NCBI GenBank assembly: GCA_000165425.1
Contig: CT868085.1
Span: 1-64,000 of the forward strand
Direction: 5' to 3'
Length of the DNA: 64,000 bases
DNA from: Paramecium tetraurelia
Taxonomy: Eukaryota
Within the stretch, counting starts at the first letter, position 1. Each line of letters opens with the position of its first letter. Under the pieces are notes generated by a model. It worked only from the letters and a program-made list of their open reading frames with translations, searched no databases and was not told the origin of the DNA. Positions 1-10,529 of the stretch are shown in pieces. Position numbers and translations under genes: made by a program.

Positions 1-1456
1 GACAAAAGGAATTAAAAATTTCTTTTTGATTAATTATCAAATTTTTACAAATTTATCTATACTTAAAAAATTCTACGACTTACACCCCCTCTAATCTATC
101 TTCAAAGCCTCCCATTTTTCACACTTCTTTGACCCAACCCTCCCACACTAGTACGTACCAGGTTACTCTTCCTCAGGGCCGACCATATTACTGGCGTCTT
201 AGGGTCTTTTATTTTAATACCAGTCTTAGCCAAACCCATTTTAGAAGTTCAATAGTATTTAGATGACAATCTTGTAAATTTAACTTTTTTGATTCAACGT
301 TTGAATCATTAATAAACTCTCTAACAGTTAATGATGTTGCTTAAAATATAGGCTTCATTTTATAAATTCAAGGTTTCAGCTAATGAAATTAGAAAAGTGA
401 CAAAAGGAATTGAAATTTATTATTCATTATGAAATTTAAATATCATTATTTGCATTTCAATGTTAAAATATTAAACAACTTTTGAAGTTTTGAAGGATTA
501 TTTCTCTAAAATTCATCTTGATAATGATTATTAATATAAGCATAGTTTGAATTTAATTACAGCAAAGAGAACCTTAATGATTTTATAAAGGCAGCTTATT
601 AATCATGCCACTCATATTGGTTAGATTTATAAAATATTTCTTATGGGTAGATATAGTTATCGTTCCTGATAATTAAAAATGATTAAGAAAATTGAATTGG
701 TAATTTGATCAATATATATAAATATTAATAATTTAATTATTCTTTAGAGTTTTAAACTTGAGTATTTTAAGAATTTCTTATTAGTAAGAATTAATTTTTG
801 TGTTTCCCCCATCAATTTGCTCTGATAGGCTTGCCTCCACAATTCTGCTAATTTATACCGAACAGGAGGTAGAATAATAACAGAAAACACCTCATATTCA
901 ATCAATTATAAAATCTTAATGTAATTGCTTCCTTTTCTTTATTTTCTGTTCTGACTCAAATATATTCATATATCATATATTTATATTTTGGTAATTTCAT
1001 TTATAGAATTTAACCTTTCAAGAACTTTCCTCCTACATATCCAGCCTTAACTATTTTTTATTATTAATTCATAATTTGGTTACTTAATTATCCTTACTTT
1101 AACCTATTATTTCATCTACCTTCCGCTGAATTATCTGAATTATCTGAATTTCATTATTATTTTAAAAATGAACAAATTTTTATCAAAACTACAACTTAAA
1201 TTAAAACTCAAGAATAAATATCTGAAAAATAACTTTTTTGAGAACCATTTTTTCAAAACAATTTTTGATAATAATCCATAAGTCGTTAAGCCTCAGCCAT
1301 ACATCAGGAATGCAGGAGATTAACTCATTTTAAAACTTAACTGAAAAATAACTCCAATTTGTTTATTTAATCTTATAAATTAATTGTATTAAGATTTACA
1401 TCCAATGTGTGAAGAAATTAGATATCATTTGTTTTATGTATTTATATCTTTATTAA

Positions 1457-2247
1457 TCATTATGGAATATATTTTGGGAACTAAAGTTGATTCTTATATG
1501 AGTACCTTATAGCCGCCTATACAGGGCTATGAAGACGAATACTCTTATAAAGCTCCTCCCAACTAGTTTGGATCTTTTATTTTCACGATGATGCCGTAAT
1601 CCATCATAATCGATTTTATTTCATAGGGTAAGCTTGTAGATCTCGTCGTTTTATCACCTTTACATATTTGGAATAATTCTCCAGTATAATTACATTCACT
1701 ATAAAAATTAACACAACTAGATGAAAGTGACAAAACAAAGTCTCTGAGTCCCCAAGATTCTAAAAATAATTCAACATGTACCATCAAGTAATGACGAATC
1801 TAAAAAGTCTTATAGAGTTAATGTTAAATGAGTATCTGTCAGTAAAAAATTATAGGAAAAAGGGTAAAGGTGATCTCCCAATTGTGTTTATCTGCATTAA
1901 TTGGGATAATCAAAATTTCCTACAATTAAGTTATCCATTAAAACATTATTTATCTTAATCTCAAATCCTTCATTATCCCAAGAGTCAAACTTCCATATTC
2001 CAAACTAAAGTTACACTTATTTGTTGGCGAGAAGGTAGGGAACATTATAGGTAACTAAAGTTTTTTTACCAAATGGGCCAATAAATGTTTTATTAGAACC
2101 TGAACCACATATGCCAGTATTTGATTCCATTGTTCCAGCAATTTAAAAATCTGAAGATTTACAATCATCCTCTTTGTCTGTTATACAATTTTGGTATAGG
2201 ATTGACCTTAGAAATAATATTTTAAGAAATGAAATTGAGTGTTTCAT
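1457..2247 (-). CDS. Secreted/surface Paramecium-family protein (DSWD/ESWG motifs) with C-terminal beta/gamma-crystallin-like motif
   Basis: Code-6 translation MKHSISFLKILFLRSILYQNC...WKFDSWDNEGF...DESWGLRDF...CVNFYSECNYTGELFQIC...KFPKYIPQ*. Two tiny GT-AG introns (1760-1781 and ~1481-1505) restore the frame. Confidence 0.7.
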
Positions 2248-3653
2248 TATTTTTATTATTCCAATAAGGATTTGAAATGGATAGATGTTGAAATTTGAAT
2301 GAATTTTGATAAAATATTAAAGAAGAAAAATTCTATAGCCTATAACCCAAATACAAAACATTTAGAAAATTTGAAAATTATTTTAAAGAGAAAATTAAAA
2401 AAATGAAAAATCTTCCTAATCTCATTTTAATTCATTATTTTCAATATTCTCAGTATTCAAATTTTATTGATTATTAATAAAAATTCAAAAGTTCAACTTA
2501 AAATTACATTAACAATTATGTAAATTGAATAATGTGGAATATGACCTCAAATTGCCTTTTGCAAAAAAATCGATCTTTATCACAAAACCTAAACGAAATC
2601 TACCTAAAAGAATAAACTTTTACTACTTAATCCATATTAAACATGTATTATATTATTATTATTTGGTTATTGATTGGATAAATTGGCGAAATAATGTTAA
2701 TATAATCCATTTTTTTAACACCCTATATGTTTAGCCTATCTTGAAACTTTAAATTCAAAAAGGTATTTGAGAGTACAATTTATATATTTTCTGGTTAGTT
2801 GTGCTGGACTACGTGAGCATATCCATCCTTTACATCTAAAAAGTGTTATAAAAATTAGTATCCTACCTAAAAGATGTATGAGATGTCAAGTTTTAGGATC
2901 CGTTACTGTCAGTGAGGAAGTTTGCAAAGACCTAAGTTACTTCAAGCAATGCAACCAGCCTCATTTGAACTAAAGGCATGGTTAGATTTCAAAAATTAAA
3001 CAATCTATATTTTAGTAGAGTACATCTTATAAATATTTTTTCTTAGAAAATATCCTCATTATTGTACATTTGTTACTAATTATTCAAAAAGGTTCATCAA
3101 TACTCCCTTCTAAATCTTTCGCAATATCTAATTAAACAAGCTACTTTGTAATCTATATTTGGATTATTCTCAATCTATAGGTCTGTTCATGTGAACTTAA
3201 CCATTACCCATTAGTCAGATTATTTCCTAAATAATACTGTAGCTTGGTTTATTACTCTTTCTAATAAATCAAGCTCAAAATCAAGAAATAAACACTATTT
3301 ATATTAATAATTACGAAAAAATCATATATTATTAATCAATTATTATTCACTTTTTGAATATATCCTTCTTCCTCTTTTATTCTTACTTATAATAACTTTA
3401 TTTTCATTTCATTTTCCCTCCATCTAACTTTCTGACTCCTATATTCTTCTCCTTTAATTTTCATCATTTTTCATTTCAAGAAATTTTATGACATTAATTT
3501 AATTTATAAGAAAATCAAAAAGTAAAAAGTTTTCCACTTAAGTAATTAGAGTTTTGGCTTCACATTATTAATTAAGAAATTGTTATTTTTACCAGCAATT
3601 AAATATCATCAGAATGATATTGTTAGTATAATCAATAGTGTTTAGGTAACTCT

Positions 3654-3803
3654 NNNNNNNNNNNNNNNNNNNNNNNNNNNNNNNNNNNNNNNNNNNNNNN
3701 NNNNNNNNNNNNNNNNNNNNNNNNNNNNNNNNNNNNNNNNNNNNNNNNNNNNNNNNNNNNNNNNNNNNNNNNNNNNNNNNNNNNNNNNNNNNNNNNNNNN
3801 NNN
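3654..3803. other. Assembly gap (150 N)
   Basis: Run of N. Confidence 1.
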
Positions 3804-3883
3804 ACCCAAACCCAAACCCAACCCCAAACCCCAACCCAAACCCAAACCCGAACCCAAACTCAAACCCCAAACCCAAACCCAAA
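3804..3883. repeat. Telomeric repeat tract, C-rich strand on + (left chromosome end)
   Basis: Mixed CCCAAA/CCCCAA hexamers with CCCGAA and CTCAAA variants, matching the Paramecium G3T3/G4T2 telomere mix. Confidence 0.95.
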
Positions 3884-5215
3884 CTCTAAAGCCAAGTTGA
3901 TGAAGCAATCTACCCCATCCCCAATACAATATTAAAAAGAGTAAAAATTTAAGACTCCATAGAATATCTCTCAAAAGATCTAGAGTCTAAGTCAAATCAA
4001 ATCAGAAATTTAATAATTAGGTTAAGAATAGATGGTCAAAATAACAAATATCCTCAATAAAATTAAGAATCATGAATTTAATGAAAAGAACTACTCAATG
4101 GATGAATATGAAGAAATTAAAAATCATTTAATCATTAAAAGTATCATGGGGATAAGAAGATTATAGAAATCATAAAATGTTTAGTTCATCTTACTGCCTT
4201 AGATAACAGATATATTTCGTGTGGATCAAATTCTCTTCATTTATTAGTTGTAATGAAAGTAGATATGAGATAATACAGTTTTGAGAATGTCAAAATTAGA
4301 GATACCACTTTGGTTGGCGGAAATTTTGTAAGATGCAATTTTAATGGATCAGAATTTGACAATGTATACATTAGTGGAATGAATTTGAGTTAGACTTAAT
4401 TATTTAATTGTAAATGGAAAAATATCAAAATACATGAGTTAAATAAATTAGATGGTCATGATGGAAAAGTCAATTAGGTATGCTTTTCTTCCGATGGTAA
4501 ATCATTAGCTTCTTGTAGTGATTATAATTTGATTATATTGTGGGATGTTAAAACTGGAAAAGAAAAGTCGAAAATTAGAGTCAAGGAAAATGTAAAATCA
4601 AGTATGCTTCTCACCTAATAATACAATAATAGTTTTCAGCATTGGAAAATTTGTGTATTTATGGAATCTTAAAACAGGAAAGGAAGTTATCTAAATTAAA
4701 ATGGTCATTTTGAATGATGTTAATTCAATTTGTTTCTCTCCTAATGGTACTAAAATAGCATCTGGTAGTGAAGATAAGTCTATCTGTTTATGGGATGGTA
4801 AGACAGGATAATAAAAAGCCAAATTAGATGGTCATTTCATCAATAGTTTATTCAGTCAATTTGTCTCCCTGATGGTACTAACATTAGCATCTGGTAGTTA
4901 TGATGAGTCTATTCGTCTATGGAATGTAAAAGCATCAAAGAAAATAATCCAATCAGATAGTAGCTACAAAGATCTGCTTACCCAGATTAAAATACCACTT
5001 CAGAAGAGCTCCTTATTTGCAAATGGTATTTGTTATTAATCATTATTTAGTTAATCCTGATCTTACAATACTTAGAATATGTTAGAATCCTTAGTTAGAA
5101 GCATAAGGAACACTAATCTTATAAGGACAATTCATAAATCATTAAGGGGAAGATTTAAAATCATTGTTTAAATCCAAAGGAAGTTTCTTTTTAGAAGACT
5201 TAAAGCAAAATGAAA
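3884..5215 (+). pseudogene. 5'-truncated, frameshifted pentapeptide-repeat + WD40-repeat gene (large Paramecium family)
   Basis: CGSNSLHLLV..KVD..FENVKIRDTTLVGGNFVRCNFNGSEF..LFNCKW, then LDGHDGKVNQVCFSSDGKSLASCS..LWDVKTG and further WD40 repeats. No start codon, several frameshifts between ~4030 and 4890, one intron near 5026. Confidence 0.8.
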
Positions 5216-5359
5216 TTGAAATATTCATTAAGAACAATACAATTAATAATTTTAATTAATTTCTTATGCCTTTTTTTTAATAATATTATTTTTTTGTTTC
5301 AATCTTGAATCCTCATTTCCTAATATAGATAATTACATATTTTTCAAAAGTATTAATTT

Positions 5360-7230
5360 CAAGATGTTTACTCGGACATTGCTCTGTTGTTTCCACTATT
5401 TGAAAGCATTTTGAATAACCTTGTAATTTTTGTTAATTAGGAGCTGAGTATACTGGTTGTAGTTCTTGTAGCTAAAATTTTTGTCCATTATTCAAAGTGG
5501 CTTGTGGCTAACACTTGCCCATTCTGTGAATGTGGGAATTGATGCAGTATAGTCTAATACTGCACCATTATAAAGCAAACTGAGGATTTTATTCAGTCAG
5601 CCCCCATGCTACCTTAAGATGTAGAATTATTCTTCTTATTAGAGTGAATCAGAAATGCTTTCAATTATAAAATGTGTGCTGGTTGCTCGGATGTAGCATA
5701 TTAATTATCAATTCTGTTGCTTAATAAGCGGCTAAAATTTCGATAAAATTGGACAGATTTCAACCCTTGTTACTCTTGTGCAATATTTGGACCTAATATC
5801 AAGCATATATTGGAGTTCTACTAATAATGGTGCAGGTTTGAGTTACTACGCTTGTCAATAATGTTTCAAAGTTAAACGATATTTGTTAATCATATGCTGC
5901 TTCCTTTACATATTGATCCTTGATCTACTCATCTTGAAACTTATTGAGACTTTGAGGTTCTCTGTGCTTATTGTTCTATGGTATTCTGATGGAGATAGAT
6001 TTGACCTGTGTCTTATAACATGGTAACTGGTATTGGCTACCAATTATATAGTTGCGTATTTTTTTTGTTAATTCCAATATCCTGTTACTACTGTTTAATG
6101 TTTTGGTTGTCAGAGAAAACCATGCTATAGAGTGTATATAATGCAACAATTCCCACACTATTTAATGCCTTGGTCCTTTAATTCTTATTACTCCAGGCCA
6201 CCTGAATGTGCTTTCAGCATTCCTAAATGTGTATCACTCTTTATTTACATAGAATACTGATGGAGATACATTTAAATCATGTAGGTATTTCTTTTAAGCT
6301 TCTTGTATAAAACCTTTTCCAAATTTACGATATTAAATGTGATGATCTAGTAGCACTCATTTTTGATGGCTGCATCTTAGCAGCTGCATAATAAAAATGC
6401 TGTATATTGTTTTTATCTTTGTCTTAAATGCAACACTCAATCAAATATATTCTTAACTAAATACTAAATATCTTCACTTCTTTAAAAACTTCTGACAACC
6501 TGCAAATTAGGGAGTTGATATTTCAATGCAAGAGGATTGCGCCAAAAATAAAGCATTGTGCAAAGCACTTAATTTTTAATAATAACTAAAACTGGTAAGA
6601 CTTTACAAAACTTACATTTCTGCAAATGTGCAAATAATATACTTCATGTTTGTATTTATTTGATTGCATAATTAAGTTTTGTAATATGTTCAAAATGTGA
6701 TGTTATTTATTTTAATGCTTCAGCTCTTCTTTGGCTATCAAGAGATTGTGTATGTAACACCTGGTAATCATGTTTACCTTAATCAAATCGAATTATAAAA
6801 AAATGCAAAAAGCCATCTTGAACATTTCATGTAACAATACTGGAATCTGAAATTTATGTGCTGATTCATTTATAAAGTATTCTTACGCAATCAGTGGCTC
6901 TGAAGACAATTCTTTATTAACTTTATTTGTCACCACTTTAAAGAGCTATTCAAATCAAGAAAAGTTACTCTTATTAAAGTAAAGATTAATTCTATAATAG
7001 AACTTTGATAAAATTAGAATACATTCTCAATGTTTAACTCCATGCCAATTCTTTAATTGTGAGAATCTTCTCGAATGAAGATGGCAACATTAGCAGAAAA
7101 CAAGAAAAATGGCTCTATTTAAAATGAAATGATTTCACTAACTATGAGATCCTGAGAAGCATAAAAATTATCATTACCAAGAAGAGTAGCGCCTAAAGTT
7201 TAAGAATTTACATTTTAAATAAGGGAAAAA
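5360..7230 (+). pseudogene. Decayed cysteine-rich (CxxC-repeat) surface-protein gene
   Basis: CxxC patches (TGCSSCSQNFC, CAGCSD, ECIQCNN) switch frames with interspersed TGA. Boundaries approximate. Confidence 0.45.
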
Positions 7231-7393
7231 ATAGATGAAACAATATGTTAGTTAAAAAGCTGCAAACAAATTATATTATATTAAGTATAATTACTTCATA
7301 ATATTAATTTTTAAATTAGTTCAATATTAGTTTGAACAATTACTTATTCTAAAAGGAATGAGATTTAGTTAATATTATTGTTAATTTCAAAAT

Positions 7394-8460
7394 TCATGTA
7401 AAATTTTCAAAATTTTCTGGTATGCTATCTATTCCTCCAAGGCCTAATTAATTCATTACTTCTGCCATTGTGGTTTCTATTTCTCCTAATAATTGATGGA
7501 TTTCAGAGTCACCCATACATTCTTAAAATAAAACAATATTTTACCTGGTTTTTAAAGATTTTTAATTTGATCCTCTTCTTCAACTTTAAATTTTTAGTAT
7601 GTAAAATCCTACACAATCATATTTATTGCATTAGGTATGTACTCTTTAAGTTCATTTTTATTCTAACTTAAAAATAATTTCTACCATCATTTGATTTACT
7701 ATGTATTGGAAAGGTTCTGGCTGTTGTTTTAATATTTTAATGTTATATCTTATTATTTCTTTAACTTATTAAACCGATAAATCTTTGTTTGATAGAATTT
7801 TTTCTTTAATTTTTTATTTTACAGAAGCTTGTAGCATATATAATTATTAAAAGAACCCTCTTTCCATCAAAACTAGCATGCTTTCTTCAAATATCTCTTT
7901 GGTAACTCCCAATCTTTACAATAGTTCTGCTTATGATTTCTCTAGCAACTCTTCAATGTCTTCATTGTATTTCAATATTTATTATTTATATAAATTAAGT
8001 TGGGAATTTGATTTATAAGTCCTTCTCTATTTTCTATTTACTAGTGTTATTCGAATATATTCATCTCCTGCAACATCTATTGTATATTAAAGTATATCCA
8101 CAATTGTTTAAGGTTCTAAGCAATTAGTATTCGGAATATAATTCACTTGTATCAAATTAGAGATACTTTCAAATGCATTCATTGCAGCTGTGAACCTTGT
8201 TTACATTGTGTCCTTTTCTAAATCAATAAACATAGTCTTTTTATTATTTTTATTTTGATTGTCATACCTTGTATTTGATGTATTTAGTGGGCCTTAACAT
8301 TCTTAATCTTTCTTAATGTATGGATTTTATTAATTTCGATAGTATACAAATCCAGCACTAATTAAATAGGACTGCTGCATTACCTTAAAAAAATGCCTGA
8401 AGTTGCCAAACCCAAAAACAGGATTTTATGCTGCTTATAAAAGGAGAAAAAAGCACCCAT
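7394..8460 (-). CDS. Hypothetical protein with N-terminal signal anchor
   Basis: MGAFFSFYKQHKILFLGLATSGIFLSAGFVYYRNQ... open in code 6 across tiny introns to ...PENFENFT*. Confidence 0.7.
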
Positions 8461-8526
8461 AAATAGACTTTAATTGTTATTTTATTATTGGATAGATTTA
8501 ATAATTAAATAATATTAAGTTGATAA

Positions 8527-9100
8527 ATGGGGCTTTGGGCTTGGACACTTTATTAAATGTTAACACCAAAATTTTGACATTCGTAAAGATGGAAGGTAAT
8601 TATCAATTGATTAGGATTTTAGAAAACGTAAATCAGTATGCATAGAACATAGATCTAGTCATTATGCTGGAAGATAGAATGGAACAATATAATGTTTTGG
8701 TCAAGATTAATTCGCAAATAAATATTATGAAGATTTTGATGTTGCACTTAAAAATTTAAAGAAGTTAATAGATTGAAATCAAAGAAGATGGATAGAATAT
8801 AATGACTACTTCAATCCATGGCTACTCTTGGAGATAGAATACCTTCTGTTTGGCATGGTTGAATGGCTCATTTATATGATGAGGCTCAAACTAGAACAGG
8901 CCATTCATACTTTGTGTTGCAATTGTATAAATAACCAGGTAAAGACAATTAATCTCATACTCCAAACCACTTCATTCTTTAAGGAGCTCTGTAGAGTTTG
9001 AATCGATTCGATTTTATGAACCATATTATAATAATTGCACCTATTAGAAAGTATTACAGTAATGGAATGATAGATCTCAAAAAATTAATTGTTGAAAAGT
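8527..9100 (+). pseudogene. NDUFA12: NDUFA12 (complex I B17.2)-like pseudogene
   Basis: GQDQFANKYYEDFD..NQRRWIEY and IPSVWHG*MAH match the family GxDxxGNKYYE/RRWV/PxxWHGW motifs. Has a TGA at 8860, a 1-nt deletion near 8820 and an intron lacking its GT. Confidence 0.75.
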
Positions 9101-9476
9101 AAGCATATTCAGAAGTTTTATTGTCTAGCAGTAAATAATTCATTCCAAAATCTTAATGGTATTTATGAAAGCGTTTAAGAGGCAGACTTATTGGAAATAG
9201 TATTATTTTAAAGAGAATAAAAGATTTTTGGAAAAATAGATTAAGAAGACTTTGAAGAGGGTGAGTTGGATGCAAAAGGACGGAATAAATCAATTAAAAT
9301 AATAAAGGGTTCCAAAAAGAAAAAAAGTTTCAAAATTTATTTAAATTAGATGTTGATTAATATTGTCTTCTTTATTTATTTACTATTTTTTAATAATTCA
9401 ATTTCATTGTTTTAATTTGTATATTAACACTAATTCTTAGCCCGCCAATTATTTTTTTGAAAACATAAATATTATC

Positions 9477-10117
9477 ATGAAAAATAACAGAAGAGGCTTA
9501 TTCATAGTTCTTGAGGGATTAGATAAATGTGGCAAATCTACACAAACTGAATTATTAAGTGAAGCTCTTGATGCAAAAAAAATGTAATTTCCAGACAGAA
9601 GTACTTCGATGGGTTTAATCATATCCGATTATTTGAAAGGAAAAAGAGATATTAATGATCAAGTGATTCATCTATTATTTTCAGCAAATAGATGGGAAGC
9701 ACAGTATTAATTATAAAAGAATTTAGAAATACAATAATAGAAACATTGAATAAAGGAATCAATATTGTTTGTGATAGATATGCGTATTCTGGAGTAGCAT
9801 TTTCATCTGCAAAAGGACTTCCCATTCAATGGTGTAAATAATGTGATTCAGGTTTACCAAAACCAGATCTTGTAATATACTTAAGAGCTCCAATTAAATA
9901 ATTAAAGGATAGGGGAGACTTTGGTGCAGAACGATATGAAAAATAAGAATTTTAGTAATAGGTTTAAGAGGTTTTTGATAAAATGGCTCAGGAAGAATAA
10001 TTTAATATTATTAGTGCTATATAAACTAAAGAAGAAATATTTTCTCAAATAATGGAACTTATTAATGATTACCCTTAGAATGCTCAAATTAATACAATTG
10101 AATAACTTTGGAGTTGA
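9477..10117 (+). CDS. DTYMK: Thymidylate (dTMP) kinase
   Basis: [62 protein letters not shown]. One intron near 9704. Confidence 0.95.
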
Positions 10118-10408
10118 ATTGAGTAACTTTACTTCATTCATTTCATATATTTTTAATATATATCAAATTTATTTACTTTGCTTAAATTGGTTAGTTTATT
10201 ATCAAAATTCAATTAATACATAATTTTGAAAAAGTACTTAAGATTGACATTCTGAAAGTCAATTCTTACTTATTTTTGCCAAATATGATTTTTTCAACCA
10301 TTTATTGTTTCATTTTAATTAATTTATTCTTGTAAAATAAATTACAAAAATCAAACTTAATGAGAAAAGAATTGCAAATTTTATTTAAACAACTAGAAAT
10401 AAAAAAAT

Positions 10409-10488
10409 TGACCACAGAGGGATTCGAACCCTCGCCCTTTCGGACTGCAGCCTGAATGCAGCGCCTTAGACCACTCGGCCATATGATC
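10409..10488 (-). tRNA. tRNA-Leu(CAG)
   Basis: Acceptor stem GATCATA/TGTGGTC, D-arm GCCGAGTGGTCTAAGGC, anticodon arm CTGCA-TTCAGGC-TGCAG, long variable arm, GTTCGAATC T-loop, downstream T-run terminator. Confidence 0.95.
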
Positions 10489-10529
10489 GTATATTAAGTA
10501 CTTATTCAAATAGATGATTATAAATTATA

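Noticed and set aside
1..411. 13-nt direct repeat GACAAAAGGAATT at 1 and ~399 as element ends
   Set aside because: Short, cut by the window edge, and no transposase or terminal inverted repeat between the copies.
2700..3260. Possible reverse-transcriptase remnant on the minus strand (RPI, LKLDIS patches)
   Set aside because: No QG or YADD-like motifs, frames are broken, and an intron-like segment suggests an ordinary decayed gene.
3589..3974. ORF-track Gly/Phe/Leu-rich ORFs
   Set aside because: They are translations of the telomere repeat and the N gap.
8855..8865. In-frame TGA at a Trp position as evidence for UGA recoding or a mitochondrial insertion
   Set aside because: The same gene has a frameshift and a dead splice site and carries nuclear introns; all intact genes use TGA as stop.
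10445..10465. TCA in the tRNA anticodon loop suggesting tRNA-Sec or a UGA suppressor
   Set aside because: The 5-bp stem and 7-nt loop TTCAGGC place CAG at the anticodon; the 7-bp acceptor stem and A discriminator fit Leu.
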